DNA from: an uncultured virus (IMG/VR IMGVR_UViG_3300023049_000387)
Taxonomy: Duplodnaviria; Heunggongvirae; Uroviricota; Caudoviricetes
Strand: one strand, 5' to 3'
Virus record (IMG/VR): IMGVR_UViG_3300023049_000387
Location: 1 to 64,000 of that record
Length of the DNA stretch: 64,000 nucleotides
Part shown: positions 34,517 through 45,176 of the stretch, piece by piece
Layout: the number at the start of each line of letters is the position of its first letter
How positions within the stretch are numbered: position 1 is the first letter of the stretch
The notes under the pieces: model-generated
What the model was told of the DNA's origin: nothing
Databases searched by the model: none
Seen by the model: the letters and a program-made list of their open reading frames with translations, nothing else
Program-made: the position numbers and the translations under genes

Positions 34517-35491
34517 CTATTTTTTTAGTTCACTAATTCTTTTCTTACCCGCTTCTTTTACAGTCTTAGCAGTCTCGCCTTTTAAAGCTACATCAATTTC
34601 TTCTACTGTTTCTAACTTAGATATCGATTTAACCCTATCACTTGCACTAGGCTTTTTACTAGATTTAGCTTTAGGTTTAGATTCTTTCTTATCAGATTCA
34701 GATTCACCATAGACTTTTATCTCAATTTCTCTCTTAATTCTATCTTTTACTAAGGATGGATTATGTAATAACTCTCTAGTGAATTCCTCAGCTAAAAAAT
34801 CAATAATAGATACATTATATGAATCCTCCATCATCTCTATAAAATCTAGACGAGGTATTTTCCTATCTATCTCTAAATCAAAAGTAAACGGTACATTCTT
34901 CTTGACATTTTTAAACATTGCTATAATCGGATCTTCATCTATCCTCTGTGTTTGTTGTATAGGTTCTGCATTAGATTGTCTTGTTGTAGTTTCCCTAGTT
35001 TCGCTAGTTTGTTTAGTATCATAAGATATATCTTGTGATTTTCTAGCATTACTAGGATTTTCACTAGGGGTATCATCACCGTTTATGATTCTATTCATAG
35101 CTTCATTCTGCTTATTCACACTATCAGAAACATCAACCTCAGCACCATACTTTTTAGCTAATGCTGCTCTTTCTTCCTCTTCGCTAGATTGTATGATTGC
35201 ACTCTCATTACTAGAAGGTTTAAAAGAGTCATCTCTATCAAAACTAACATTTTCATCAATCATATCATCTGTTTTTAGATTTTTGATGTCATTAAGCACA
35301 CTAGAAAAGGCACTAGATGTATCTAAAAAAGAACTAGGATCTATTTGTTCCGAGTATTTAGATGTATCTAATAATACACTCTTATCAATCTTAGTCTTGT
35401 TTTCTAAAACTACAGTATCCCCAAAATTATCTAAAACTCTTATAGTTTCTCCTGTCTTATTGTTTCTAAAAGTTTTGTTAGCTAAAGTCAT
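34517..35491 (-). CDS. hypothetical protein (likely start MTLANK)
   Basis: long ORF; upstream extension in the track is AT-rich intergenic-like. Confidence 0.65.
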   Translation of the reverse strand: MTLANKTFRNNKTGETIRVLDNFGDTVVLENKTKIDKSVLLDTSKYSEQIDPSSFLDTSSAFSSVLNDIKNLKTDDMIDENVSFDRDDSFKPSSNESAIIQSSEEEERAALAKKYGAEVDVSDSVNKQNEAMNRIINGDDTPSENPSNARKSQDISYDTKQTSETRETTTRQSNAEPIQQTQRIDEDPIIAMFKNVKKNVPFTFDLEIDRKIPRLDFIEMMEDSYNVSIIDFLAEEFTRELLHNPSLVKDRIKREIEIKVYGESESDKKESKPKAKSSKKPSASDRVKSISKLETVEEIDVALKGETAKTVKEAGKKRISELKK

Positions 35492-35602
35492 GTTATTTAT
35501 TTTATTTTTTATTGTTTTAATAATTTTGTTTAAATATTCTATCAAAACACTTTTATTATTTATTATTATATACTTAAATATTAATTTGTTTAATAATACA
35601 AC

Positions 35603-35636
35603 AAAAAAAAGCACACATTGTATAATGTGTGCTTTC
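35603..35636 (-). terminator. terminator after SSB gene
   Basis: AAAGCACACATT/AATGTGTGCTTT with A tract on + strand. Confidence 0.7.
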
Positions 35637-35653
35637 TTAATATTAACTATCTA

Positions 35654-36628
35654 CTAGAGGTCGTCAAAAAAGTCATCTTCGTCAGTACTAACTGCTTCTT
35701 CTTTACCTTCCGTGAAGTTATTCTCGAAATCGAAGTCGCTTGATTCGGGCTTTTGTTCAGAAGCACTAGTTGAATTAGCACTATTAAAGCTATTAGACGA
35801 CTTACCAAGTAATATATTCGTAATTTCTGAAATTTTCGAATGTTGTTCGTCAGTAAGTGGCTTAGGACCGAAGTCTTCTACATTATGATCTCTATCTAAT
35901 AAAAATCCTTTAATCTTTCCTTGTGCCTTTTGACTTACTTTGTTATTTTCATCTAAAGGTACATTCTTAAACTCTTTAGTTTCTTTAAAGTAGATTGGTA
36001 GAGATGTAGTTTGTTGCTTAAACATACTCATTTTGTAATCAGGGTAAGTTGCATCTCCTGTAGAGATTTCTTTTACGATTAATACAAAGTCCTTACCATC
36101 TGCTAGTTCAAACACATTACAAGGTTCACCAGAGATTTCTCCATTCTTTTCTGCCGAAATCTTGTCCTTAATTGTCTTACCATACTGCATAACCATAATC
36201 TTACCAACTAACTCTGGTTGTTGCTCATCTTCAAGTACTAATACATAAGAGTAGTACTTTCTAGAGTAGTTAAGAACGTTCGCCTTCTCAACAAGAACTG
36301 CATTCTTAGAGTTCTTCATCTGGTAAAAAAGATTTGTAAGTGGACATGGTTCTCCAAAGTTTTTAGGAGAGTCATAATAACCACCTAATTCTCTTGGTTC
36401 TTTAATTTCTACATAGTGTGAAATCTTTTCAAGTGCTACTTGTCCTAATTTACCTTCCTCTGTTAGGTTAGGTAAAAACCTAACAACTGAACGATATCCT
36501 CTTTTAGTGTCCTTAACCTTTGTCAAGTCAACACGATAAATTCCATCGTTGTTTGAGGTCTTTTTTTCCTCTAAGAAGTCCATTTTCGTGTCTAGACTTC
36601 CGTCAAATAATTGATCTAATTCTTCCAT
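35654..36628 (-). CDS. single-stranded DNA-binding protein (T4 gp32-like)
   Basis: VVRFLP, PCP, RKYYSYVLV.ED, GKIM..YGK.I, GKDF.L, PDY..S.F, acidic tail DDFFDDL. Confidence 0.88.
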   Translation of the reverse strand: MEELDQLFDGSLDTKMDFLEEKKTSNNDGIYRVDLTKVKDTKRGYRSVVRFLPNLTEEGKLGQVALEKISHYVEIKEPRELGGYYDSPKNFGEPCPLTNLFYQMKNSKNAVLVEKANVLNYSRKYYSYVLVLEDEQQPELVGKIMVMQYGKTIKDKISAEKNGEISGEPCNVFELADGKDFVLIVKEISTGDATYPDYKMSMFKQQTTSLPIYFKETKEFKNVPLDENNKVSQKAQGKIKGFLLDRDHNVEDFGPKPLTDEQHSKISEITNILLGKSSNSFNSANSTSASEQKPESSDFDFENNFTEGKEEAVSTDEDDFFDDL

Positions 36629-36830
36629 AATATTGCTTTTTATTTATTTTTATATTCAACTTAATTGTTGATATATGTTATATTAAAAAGGTCTGAAAAG
36701 TTTAGATTTATTTTTATTTATTTTTCTTTATTTCTCGACACTTTATAATACTGAATCTTTATATAAGCAATATTACTGTTTGTTTATTTTTTAGTATTTA
36801 TTTAACATATTCACTCTATCTATCTAAGGT

Positions 36831-37034
36831 TTACTGGGTCCAAATAATAGATAGTTCAATTAAAGGAACTTCTAATTTTGGTATATCAAAGTCTTTGAAA
36901 GATATTGTTGCAGTATCTGTTTCTTTATTATATACTCTAAGATATACCATTTCCTCATATTTCCAAAACACTAAACAACCTTCAAATAGCTTGGAATCTG
37001 GTCTTGTTGTTTTATCTGTTGTATCTAATTTCAT
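36831..37034 (-). CDS. hypothetical protein
   Basis: ORF overlapping upstream stop. Confidence 0.5.
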   Translation of the reverse strand: MKLDTTDKTTRPDSKLFEGCLVFWKYEEMVYLRVYNKETDTATISFKDFDIPKLEVPLIELSIIWTQ

Positions 37035-37771
37035 TGTTTCTTAGTCTTTATAACATTCACTCTATCTAGCTGATACTTCTCTATGTCTAAAGAATGGTTA
37101 TCTTTCATAGTTCTAAATATACTTATACACATCTCACCCATTAATACACAATCTGTAAGTGCATCATGGTATCCTTTCATATCTATATCTAGTGCTGGAC
37201 CGATTTTGGACAAAGAAGATGATATAAGACCATTGTCTCTATCAGATGTTCCAATTTTATTTAGGAGTTCTTTATAATGGTTATCAGTTTCAGATAATTT
37301 TTGGAAAATAGGTATTAAATATAACCTAATAAGCATTTTAGTATCAAAAACTTCTTCAACTATTTTATGATTATACCTACCAGTTAACATATCAACATCA
37401 AACGGTGCGTTTTGTGCAACTAATAGACTAGGAGTATTTTGTTTTATAAATTCAAAAAAACTATCTAGTACAATATTTTCATTTTTATACACATAATCAC
37501 CATCATCATAATGATTAAACTCTAATATAGGCTTAACTATATCATAACGCCTAATTGTTTCAGCGGTTAATAATATTTTTTCATCAAATTCTGCCTTGTA
37601 TAAGAATTTATTTTCTAAATAATCATATTTAACTAACTTAGCAGACACTTGAGTTAGTTGCTCTATTTTAGAACCTTTGAGTCCTGTGGTTTCAGTGTCC
37701 AGTAAAATCCAATTTATTTCAGATTTATTTTCTAACCAACTAAGCATTTCTGGTATTGACTTGTAATTCAT
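37031..37771 (-). CDS. DEDDh 3'-5' exonuclease
   Basis: LDTETTG, AQNAPFD, FDT, HDALTD. Confidence 0.88.
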   Translation of the reverse strand: MNYKSIPEMLSWLENKSEINWILLDTETTGLKGSKIEQLTQVSAKLVKYDYLENKFLYKAEFDEKILLTAETIRRYDIVKPILEFNHYDDGDYVYKNENIVLDSFFEFIKQNTPSLLVAQNAPFDVDMLTGRYNHKIVEEVFDTKMLIRLYLIPIFQKLSETDNHYKELLNKIGTSDRDNGLISSSLSKIGPALDIDMKGYHDALTDCVLMGEMCISIFRTMKDNHSLDIEKYQLDRVNVIKTKKQ

Positions 37772-37787
37772 TTTATTTATTTTAAGG

Positions 37788-38321
37788 TTATTCTTCTAGT
37801 TTAAACATAGTCTTTTCATCTGCCGAGTACATAACTTTTTTAGATGATAGAGTAGCATTGTAATTATCAACAACATACTTTTTACCCTTACCTTTCTTCA
37901 CATAAGCTATTGTGATATGTGGATTATAATCAGGGAAGTCTGTAGTATGTGGCAATATAGATAATTTTTCATTAATATCTAACAATTCTTTAGTTTTTTT
38001 AACTTTGAATTTAACAACATCAAACTTATCATTCTCAAATAAATCAACTGACTCTAATTCTATATCAATAGAAGTATAACCTTCAAATGCCTTTTTCACG
38101 TCATCTATGCTAACTTCATCTTTATGAAGTCCAAATAGAAGTGTTAAGTGAGGCTCATCTTCCAAACCATCTTCACCTATATCCTCTTTGTCTATAAAGC
38201 TAGTTATTTCTTCCCAGTTCTTAACATTGAAGTATAACATAGCACATCCATATTCATATATTTTTTCTTCTTTGGTTTCGTTTTTCTCATTGATGAACAA
38301 TGAATAGCTTGTAATTATCAT
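37788..38321 (-). CDS. 2H phosphoesterase (T4 57B/Acb1-like)
   Basis: two HxT motifs: EPHLTLLFG and YNPHITIAY. Confidence 0.8.
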   Translation of the reverse strand: MIITSYSLFINEKNETKEEKIYEYGCAMLYFNVKNWEEITSFIDKEDIGEDGLEDEPHLTLLFGLHKDEVSIDDVKKAFEGYTSIDIELESVDLFENDKFDVVKFKVKKTKELLDINEKLSILPHTTDFPDYNPHITIAYVKKGKGKKYVVDNYNATLSSKKVMYSADEKTMFKLEE

Positions 38322-38554
38322 ATTTTTACTTATTTTTAATTTATATATATATTAAAATATTATATTTGTAAAAAAAAACAACTGCTATGGAAAAATTTTC
38401 AATGAAAGAACTTCTTAAAAATAAGTATGGAGAACCAGAAAAGAATAAAAAAACCGCTTCGTCTACTAAAAAGTCAACTAAGAAAAAAGTAAATGATGGT
38501 AGTAAGTATGAAACTAAAATAGTTAATGGTATTAAGTATATGGTTCTTAGGTAA

Positions 38555-39103
38555 TTACTTAATCTTAATATCTAAGTAGCTTTCATCTTCATCTGCACCT
38601 AAATCTTGTTCCATATCAAGGTCGAATCCTTTATCAACAACATGGTGCATTACTGAGTCAAATTTACTTTTGTGTATATCTAGCTTATCTAACATCTTAT
38701 CCAATACTCTTACTGTTACAGATTCACCATCACTTCTCATTTTTTCTAAACGAGGAAGTATTTCAGTTGCTATTTTTTCTGTCTCGGTGTGATCTGTATT
38801 ACCTCTAGAATCTTTATCATACTCAAAGCTTTCGTTAAAAGGAGACATTAAGTGTTTTAAGTTCCATGATGGTATAAACTTTTTATTCTTTTTTTCAAAA
38901 TCTTCATATGACTCTAATCCATTCTCAATAGGATTTCTAATATACACAATATTAGCACCTTCCTTACTCATATCTGATATTCTATTCCCTATATCTGTCT
39001 TAGAAGATAACTTCATAACTCTTTCCAGCTGGTCTACACTTTTTTGCCTAGGTAAAGATTCATTTATTACTTCTACTTCACTGAATTTGCTTAAATATTT
39101 CAT
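38555..39103 (-). CDS. hypothetical protein (MKYLSKFSE N-terminus)
   Basis: ORF; late motif upstream. Confidence 0.65.
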   Translation of the reverse strand: MKYLSKFSEVEVINESLPRQKSVDQLERVMKLSSKTDIGNRISDMSKEGANIVYIRNPIENGLESYEDFEKKNKKFIPSWNLKHLMSPFNESFEYDKDSRGNTDHTETEKIATEILPRLEKMRSDGESVTVRVLDKMLDKLDIHKSKFDSVMHHVVDKGFDLDMEQDLGADEDESYLDIKIK

Positions 39104-39151
39104 AGTTTATTTTACTCATTTTAAGTTTATCACTTACGTTATATATTAAAT

Positions 39152-39181
39152 AAAAAAACCCATAATATAATTATGGGTTTT
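39152..39181 (-). terminator. terminator after nrdB
   Basis: AAAACCCATAAT/ATTATGGGTTTT. Confidence 0.7.
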
Positions 39182-39203
39182 CATTAAAATAAAATATAAA
39201 TCT

Positions 39204-40172
39204 CTAGAAATCTTCATCAAGGTCATCATAATCAATAGCTTTATCAGATACTTTTTGATATTCACCCACTCTTTTTTCGAAAAAGTTGGTTTTGTTTTGT
39301 AAAGAAAGCATGTCCATAAAATCAAATGGATTTTCAGAATTATAAACTTTTTCACAACCTAGTTCTAATAACCAGAAGTCTGCAACAAACTCTATATACT
39401 GCTTCATAAGGTCTGAGTTCATACCAATAAGTGCAACTGGTAAAGATTCTGATACGAATTCTTTCTCAATTTCAACAGCATCACATAATATAGCCTTAAT
39501 TCTTTCTTTTGGAACTTGGTCTATAACATGATCGTTATGTATCATAGTTGCAAATTGACAATGTAAGCCTTCATCTCTTGATATAAGTTCATTTGAAAAT
39601 GTAAGACCTGGCATTAAACCTCTTTTCTTCAACCAGAAGATAGAACAAAATGATCCAGAGAAAAATATACCCTCAACTGCTGCAAAAGCAATTAAACGCT
39701 CAGCAAATGAATCTGATTCAATCCATTGTAAAGCCCAATCTGCTTTCTTTTTCACAGAAGGCACAGTCTCTAGTGCATTAAACAAGCGGTCTTTCTCCTC
39801 ATTATCTTTGATGTAAGTATCAATTAATAGAGAGTAAGTCTCCGAGTGAATATTTTCTACCATGATTTGGAAGCCATAAAAGAATTTAGCCTCTGCATAC
39901 TGAACTTCAGTTAAGAAATTTTCAGCTAAATTCTCGTTAACTATCCCGTCACTTGCTGCAAAGAAAGCCAAGACATTCTTAACATAAAATCTTTCATCAT
40001 CATTTAACTTATTTTCCCAATCGTCCATATCTTGTGATAGGTCAATTTCTTCGGCAGTCCAAAATGAATGTTCTGCTGTTTTATACATTTGCCAAATATC
40101 GTTATGTTGTAATGGAAATATTACAAATCTATTTGGATTTTCCTTTAAAATTGGTTCTTCTTGTTTGCTCAT
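39204..40172 (-). CDS. nrdB: ribonucleotide reductase class Ia beta subunit
   Basis: [47 protein letters not shown]. Confidence 0.96.
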   Translation of the reverse strand: MSKQEEPILKENPNRFVIFPLQHNDIWQMYKTAEHSFWTAEEIDLSQDMDDWENKLNDDERFYVKNVLAFFAASDGIVNENLAENFLTEVQYAEAKFFYGFQIMVENIHSETYSLLIDTYIKDNEEKDRLFNALETVPSVKKKADWALQWIESDSFAERLIAFAAVEGIFFSGSFCSIFWLKKRGLMPGLTFSNELISRDEGLHCQFATMIHNDHVIDQVPKERIKAILCDAVEIEKEFVSESLPVALIGMNSDLMKQYIEFVADFWLLELGCEKVYNSENPFDFMDMLSLQNKTNFFEKRVGEYQKVSDKAIDYDDLDEDF

Positions 40173-40288
40173 ATAATTAAATTTTGTTTACTATATATAT
40201 CATTATAACTCTACTATGTTTAGTTATTTCTAGATATTTTTTAATATCTTTTGATATGTTTAACTTATATTAATACAGGACCTGTTTA

Positions 40289-42025
40289 TCAATATATTTT
40301 TTCAAACTTTATCTGTCCACAATCAAATATTTTATAAGAACCAAGGTTATCTTCCATTATTTTGGATTCTGATAAATTTTTATCATAACCCATCTTAATA
40401 AGCTTTTTCTTAGTCCACTTTTGTTTATTTGATCTATTTTTATTAACTATATATGAATAATTGGGATATGTGATATTTTTAATATAAAATCCTAGATTAG
40501 TATACAAATTACCAGTTGACCATGATTTATCTGCAAATGATATGACACGAGTTGGTTTATATGTTTTATTAAAATATGATATTAATTTACTAGCACCTCC
40601 TATAACACTAGTATTTATTTTATTACAAAACCTTGACAAATTCCATTCAGAGTCTAACATCTTCTTACGTCCTTCAAAATGGTCAAATGTCATCAAGGAC
40701 ACCAATTCATCATTGTAATATAGTCCTATTTTTAAAGACGCAGATACATATCCCTGTATATGGTTATTATTTAAGAAGTTTCTATATTCACTAACATCAT
40801 CTATTTCTTTTATAACACATTTTCTACCATATATTTTATTATCCGTTAATCCAATCCAATTTTTTATCTGACTTTCTAAGATATCCCTTCTATCTGACCA
40901 ATCATCTTCCCAAATATGTATAATTCTTATATCCCTTTTGTTAAAATGCTTGGTTTTGTCTAGGTGATAGTTTTTATCTTTGAATAATTCACTATGCCAG
41001 TATAATCCATTAAACTCAAATCCAATTTTTAATTCAGGTAAATATATGTCTATTTCTAGACCATCTCTATAGGATTGTATAATTTGTCCATTATATATGC
41101 TCTTTATAAAGTTATACAATTCTAATTCCTTAAACGAAGTACTCATAACTGGGAAACATGTAGTGCATTGCTTATTATTTAGTCTATTCCTAGAATGGTA
41201 TAAACTAGAATTGGTAATAAATGTGTGGTTTTCTTTGTTATCACAATACATCTCATGTTTTCCCAAACCTAAGTAATTCATATAATTCGTACTAGTATTT
41301 AAGTTAGTTCTAATATCACAACCTCTATATTTCTCAAACATTAATTCTTTATACATTTTAGTTTTTGTATAATTATTAACACCCCATCTATTTATATTGT
41401 CTTTTTTAAGTTTATCAATCACTTTTCCCAACTTCATATGATGTGTGACACCATATTTTACCATATTTTGCTTCTTTATTATATTTTTAATTTCCTCTGA
41501 CTCAAAAGGATTATCAACACCAAAGTTATGTTTAGTTGTTATTTTTTTCTTTGCCTTTATTTCATCTATTTGTGATACGTTATCAACTCCATATCTTTCA
41601 TTATTTGTCTTTTTCACTTTTTCATTCACTTTATCGTAATCTATCATAGATTTACTTTTTTTGATTTTATCTCTGACCACTTCACTTTTAGATGGATTAT
41701 CAACACCCCATTTATCTATGCTATTTTTTTTAAAAGATAATATTTTAGTACTAATTAAGGCTAAATTATTATTAGAACATTTATAAGAACAAAATTCCCT
41801 ATATCCCCTTTTTATTGATAAAAATTTTACATTACCATCACATGATTTACACTTAGCTTTTTCATTTTCTATTAAGTATACCTTTTCTGTAAATGATATT
41901 CCAATTAAATTATTTGTAAATTCATAAAAATTGGGCAAATTCTTTTTAACCCAAGACTCTTTTACTGAGTGTTGACTTACCTTTTCTATAAATGTATTAT
42001 ATTCTTCTCTTGTTTTATTATCCAT
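40289..42025 (-). CDS. Hef-like homing endonuclease with YGVDN repeats
   Basis: repeated K(W/Y)GVDN; EIDIYLPELKIGFEFNGLYWHS, IHIWEDDW; C-terminal RFC..IFDCG. Confidence 0.8.
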   Translation of the reverse strand: MDNKTREEYNTFIEKVSQHSVKESWVKKNLPNFYEFTNNLIGISFTEKVYLIENEKAKCKSCDGNVKFLSIKRGYREFCSYKCSNNNLALISTKILSFKKNSIDKWGVDNPSKSEVVRDKIKKSKSMIDYDKVNEKVKKTNNERYGVDNVSQIDEIKAKKKITTKHNFGVDNPFESEEIKNIIKKQNMVKYGVTHHMKLGKVIDKLKKDNINRWGVNNYTKTKMYKELMFEKYRGCDIRTNLNTSTNYMNYLGLGKHEMYCDNKENHTFITNSSLYHSRNRLNNKQCTTCFPVMSTSFKELELYNFIKSIYNGQIIQSYRDGLEIDIYLPELKIGFEFNGLYWHSELFKDKNYHLDKTKHFNKRDIRIIHIWEDDWSDRRDILESQIKNWIGLTDNKIYGRKCVIKEIDDVSEYRNFLNNNHIQGYVSASLKIGLYYNDELVSLMTFDHFEGRKKMLDSEWNLSRFCNKINTSVIGGASKLISYFNKTYKPTRVISFADKSWSTGNLYTNLGFYIKNITYPNYSYIVNKNRSNKQKWTKKKLIKMGYDKNLSESKIMEDNLGSYKIFDCGQIKFEKIY

Positions 42026-42148
42026 TTTCTATATATAATCTAAACCATCGCTCCTTGCAAAAAACACTAAAAATATATTTTTTATAATGATTATGTTGTC
42101 AATATATAATTATTTAGTATATTTGTTTTAAATTAATAAATAAATAAA

Positions 42149-42499
42149 ATGAAATTCATATACAATAGTGTATTTTACATTTGTAATAAGATTGTTAGTA
42201 ACATAAGACCTAATAGCTGGCAAAGTTGGGAATCAGTCAGAATGACATGCACCATTCCAAAAAAAGTGTATTTAGATATTAAAGGAACTAGTGGCGATAT
42301 TGAATTTATAATATATGATGATAATAGTCCTAAAGTGTCTTATGTATTATACAATTCTACTATAGAAAGAATGACAATTTCATCGGCTTTCAAAAACGGT
42401 GATGTTAGAGTTACATTTATATTGTCAGTTACTGATTCACAAGCTATAGAAAATAAATCATTTATAAGAAATTTAAAGTTAAAGCAAGTATATCTTTAA
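42149..42499 (+). CDS. hypothetical protein
   Basis: ORF; TATATTTG upstream. Confidence 0.6.
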   Translation: MKFIYNSVFYICNKIVSNIRPNSWQSWESVRMTCTIPKKVYLDIKGTSGDIEFIIYDDNSPKVSYVLYNSTIERMTISSAFKNGDVRVTFILSVTDSQAIENKSFIRNLKLKQVYL

Positions 42500-42502
42500 A
42501 AA

Positions 42503-42592
42503 TAAAAGCCAGAAGTAGCGAATTTCTGGCTTTTTATAGTTGTTATAACTACACCGATCCTAAAGTAAGGGCATTCGCCCCTCGGTGTTAAA
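42503..42592 (-). ncRNA. candidate small structured RNA
   Basis: three hairpins directly downstream of a minus-strand TAATATATA motif; ends in a terminator-like hairpin. Confidence 0.35.
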
Positions 42593-42683
42593 AGTATATA
42601 TTATTATTCAAAGCCTCCTTTTATTAAACTTTTTAGAACATTGAGCATAAAACAATAAATAATAAATAATAAAAATCATTAAA

Positions 42684-42992
42684 ATGACAAAACACGAAGT
42701 AAAAGTAGAAATCACAGAGAAAGACTCTATCTTGAGTATGATTAACAAAGCCTATCCCAAAAGTATGAAGGGTAGGATAAATGGTAATGAGAACTTTATG
42801 GAAATATATAGCACTAGTGATAGTTTTTCTGTATTCAAAGGTCTTAATGGCTCAACTGCTAAGATAAGTAATCAAGAGATTATAGATGGAACTATTAGAG
42901 TTATGGTAAAGGAAGAGAAAGGAATTGTCAAACTATACCCCATTTCTATTTATTGTATAGATGATGAACAAGGTAGATATATCTTTTACTAA
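42684..42992 (+). CDS. hypothetical protein
   Basis: ORF track. Confidence 0.65.
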   Translation: MTKHEVKVEITEKDSILSMINKAYPKSMKGRINGNENFMEIYSTSDSFSVFKGLNGSTAKISNQEIIDGTIRVMVKEEKGIVKLYPISIYCIDDEQGRYIFY

Positions 42993-42993
42993 T

Positions 42994-44022
42994 ATGAGAG
43001 ATATAAAACTAGATTGGAATGACATATCATTAGTACCACAGGGTACAAGTAGCATATCTTCAAGAAATGAAGTTACTATAAAAGACTTATATAATATGCT
43101 TCCTTTATTCACTGCACCAATGGATACAGTTATTGATGGGAATAATTCTAAAACATTTCACGATAAGGATATAAACGTTTGTCTACCCAGAAATGTTAAG
43201 TTCAAGAAAGGCAGTGAACAGAAGTATTTCTATTCATATGGACTTGATGATATTATAGAGAAAGTAAATAATGATTTGTTATTACCAAATAGGATACTAA
43301 TAGATGTTGCTAATGGTCATATGGAAAAACTTATAAATATATCAAAAAAGATAAAAGATAAGTATGGCAATGATAAGGAACTTATGGTTGGTAATATAGC
43401 CAACCCAGAAACATATAAAACTTATTGTGCTATTGGTGTTGATTATATAAGAGTTGGTATAGGTGGTGGAAGTTCTTGTACAACATCTGCCAATGTATCT
43501 ATCCATTACCCAATGGCATCGCTTATATCAGAGTGTTATGATATAGGATTGTTGTATGCTAAGCCAACAAAAATAATAGCAGACGGTGGCTTTAGAAGCT
43601 TTTCAGATGTTATAAAAGCCATTGCAGTTGGTGCTGATTATGTTATGCTTGGTGGTATTTTTAATAAATGTATGGAAAGTTGTAGCACTAGTTATACTAA
43701 GCTTAGTGATAATACTTATGTAGAAAAGGATTATATGACTGCTAGGACATTATTTGAAAGTGGTGATAATGTATATAAATACTATAGAGGTATGTCAACA
43801 AAAGAAGTACAGAAAGCCTGGAATAAAAAAGATTTAAAAACAGGTGAAGGTATAACCAAATATAACTTGGTCGAATATACTTTGGACGGATGGGTAGAAA
43901 ACTTTAGCGATTATTTAAAATCCGCTATGTCATATACTGGATGTAGAACACTAGAAGATTTTATAGGCGGACCAGAGATTATTCAAATATCACAAATGTC
44001 TTTTAATAGATTCCATAAATAA
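42994..44022 (+). CDS. IMP dehydrogenase / GMP reductase family protein (no CBS domains)
   Basis: APMDTV, IDVANGH, RVGIGGGSSCTT, IIADGG, YRGMS, SAMSY.G; likely start MRDIK. Confidence 0.9.
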   Translation: MRDIKLDWNDISLVPQGTSSISSRNEVTIKDLYNMLPLFTAPMDTVIDGNNSKTFHDKDINVCLPRNVKFKKGSEQKYFYSYGLDDIIEKVNNDLLLPNRILIDVANGHMEKLINISKKIKDKYGNDKELMVGNIANPETYKTYCAIGVDYIRVGIGGGSSCTTSANVSIHYPMASLISECYDIGLLYAKPTKIIADGGFRSFSDVIKAIAVGADYVMLGGIFNKCMESCSTSYTKLSDNTYVEKDYMTARTLFESGDNVYKYYRGMSTKEVQKAWNKKDLKTGEGITKYNLVEYTLDGWVENFSDYLKSAMSYTGCRTLEDFIGGPEIIQISQMSFNRFHK

Positions 44023-45176
44023 AGAGCAAGAAATCTTGTTGTCTAAACATTTTGGGTGTTCAAGATTCATATATAACCATTTTCTTAATGAGCGTAAAGA
44101 ACAATATCAAAAAGATAAGAAATCAGATAACTATTATGTTCAAGCAAAATCTTTAACAGAATTAAAGAAAGATGAAGATTATAAATGGTTAAAAGAAGTT
44201 AATAGCCAGACTATACAATTTGCTTTAAGGTGTTTAGATACTTCTTATGTTAATTTTTTTCGTGGTAATGCTCAGTTTCCTAATTTTAAATCAAGAAAAA
44301 ACAAAAACACATTCACTATTCCTCAGTTTGGTAGATTAGAAGAAAATAAAATAATTATACCTAAATTTAAAGGTGGTATTAAAGTTAAATTAGATAGGAG
44401 AAAAATTAAAGGCAAAATTGGTAAAATGAGCATTACTAAAACACCAACAGGTAAATATTATGTTTCTATTTTCACCGAACAAGAAATCGAACAATTACCT
44501 AAAACTGGTAAAAAAGTGGGTATTGATTTAGGTATCAAAGATTTTGTGATTACCTCAGATAATAAAAAATATAAAAATAATAAATATACTAAAAAGTATG
44601 CTAGAGAATTAAAGAAAGTACAACAGCATTTATCTCGTAAACAAAAAGGTAGTAATGGGTTTGAAAAACAAAGACTCAAAGTTGCTAAAATTCACGAAAA
44701 GATAGCAAGTTGTAGATTGGATACCTTACACAAAGTTAGTAGAGAACTTGTCGAATCTTATGATTTAATAAGTGTTGAAGATTTGAATGTAAAGGGTATG
44801 ATTAAAAATCATAAGTTATCTAAACATATTGCTGATGTAAGTTGGGGTAATTTTGTTACATTACTTCAATATAAGTGTAATTGGTATGGAAAAGAACTTG
44901 TTAAAATAGGTAGATTTTTTCCATCATCAAAAACTTGTAATAGTTGTGGTTGGATAAATCAAGGATTAAAACTTTCAGACAGAGAATGGACTTGCTCACC
45001 TTGTGGTGAAACTCATGATAGGGACATAAATGCAAGTAAAAACATTCTAAAAGAAGGTTTAAAAATATTTGGGCAGGGACTGTCCAATACAAAGGTGGAG
45101 AGTAAATCAGACTTCTGTGAAGAAGCACACTCTGTGAAACCCGAAACACATTAGTCTTTAGCTAATGGGTAGTTCA
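44018..45176 (+). mobile_element. IS605/IS1341-type remnant with right end, no left end or tnpA
   Basis: right-end hairpin CATTAG-TCTTTAG-CTAATG followed by GGTAGTTCA. Confidence 0.7.
44036..45154 (+). CDS. tnpB: IS200/IS605-family RNA-guided nuclease TnpB, N-terminally truncated
   Basis: HFGCSRFIYN, RuvC GIDLG / VEDL / DRDINA, CxxC..CxxC Zn finger. Confidence 0.92.
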   Translation: MLSKHFGCSRFIYNHFLNERKEQYQKDKKSDNYYVQAKSLTELKKDEDYKWLKEVNSQTIQFALRCLDTSYVNFFRGNAQFPNFKSRKNKNTFTIPQFGRLEENKIIIPKFKGGIKVKLDRRKIKGKIGKMSITKTPTGKYYVSIFTEQEIEQLPKTGKKVGIDLGIKDFVITSDNKKYKNNKYTKKYARELKKVQQHLSRKQKGSNGFEKQRLKVAKIHEKIASCRLDTLHKVSRELVESYDLISVEDLNVKGMIKNHKLSKHIADVSWGNFVTLLQYKCNWYGKELVKIGRFFPSSKTCNSCGWINQGLKLSDREWTCSPCGETHDRDINASKNILKEGLKIFGQGLSNTKVESKSDFCEEAHSVKPETH

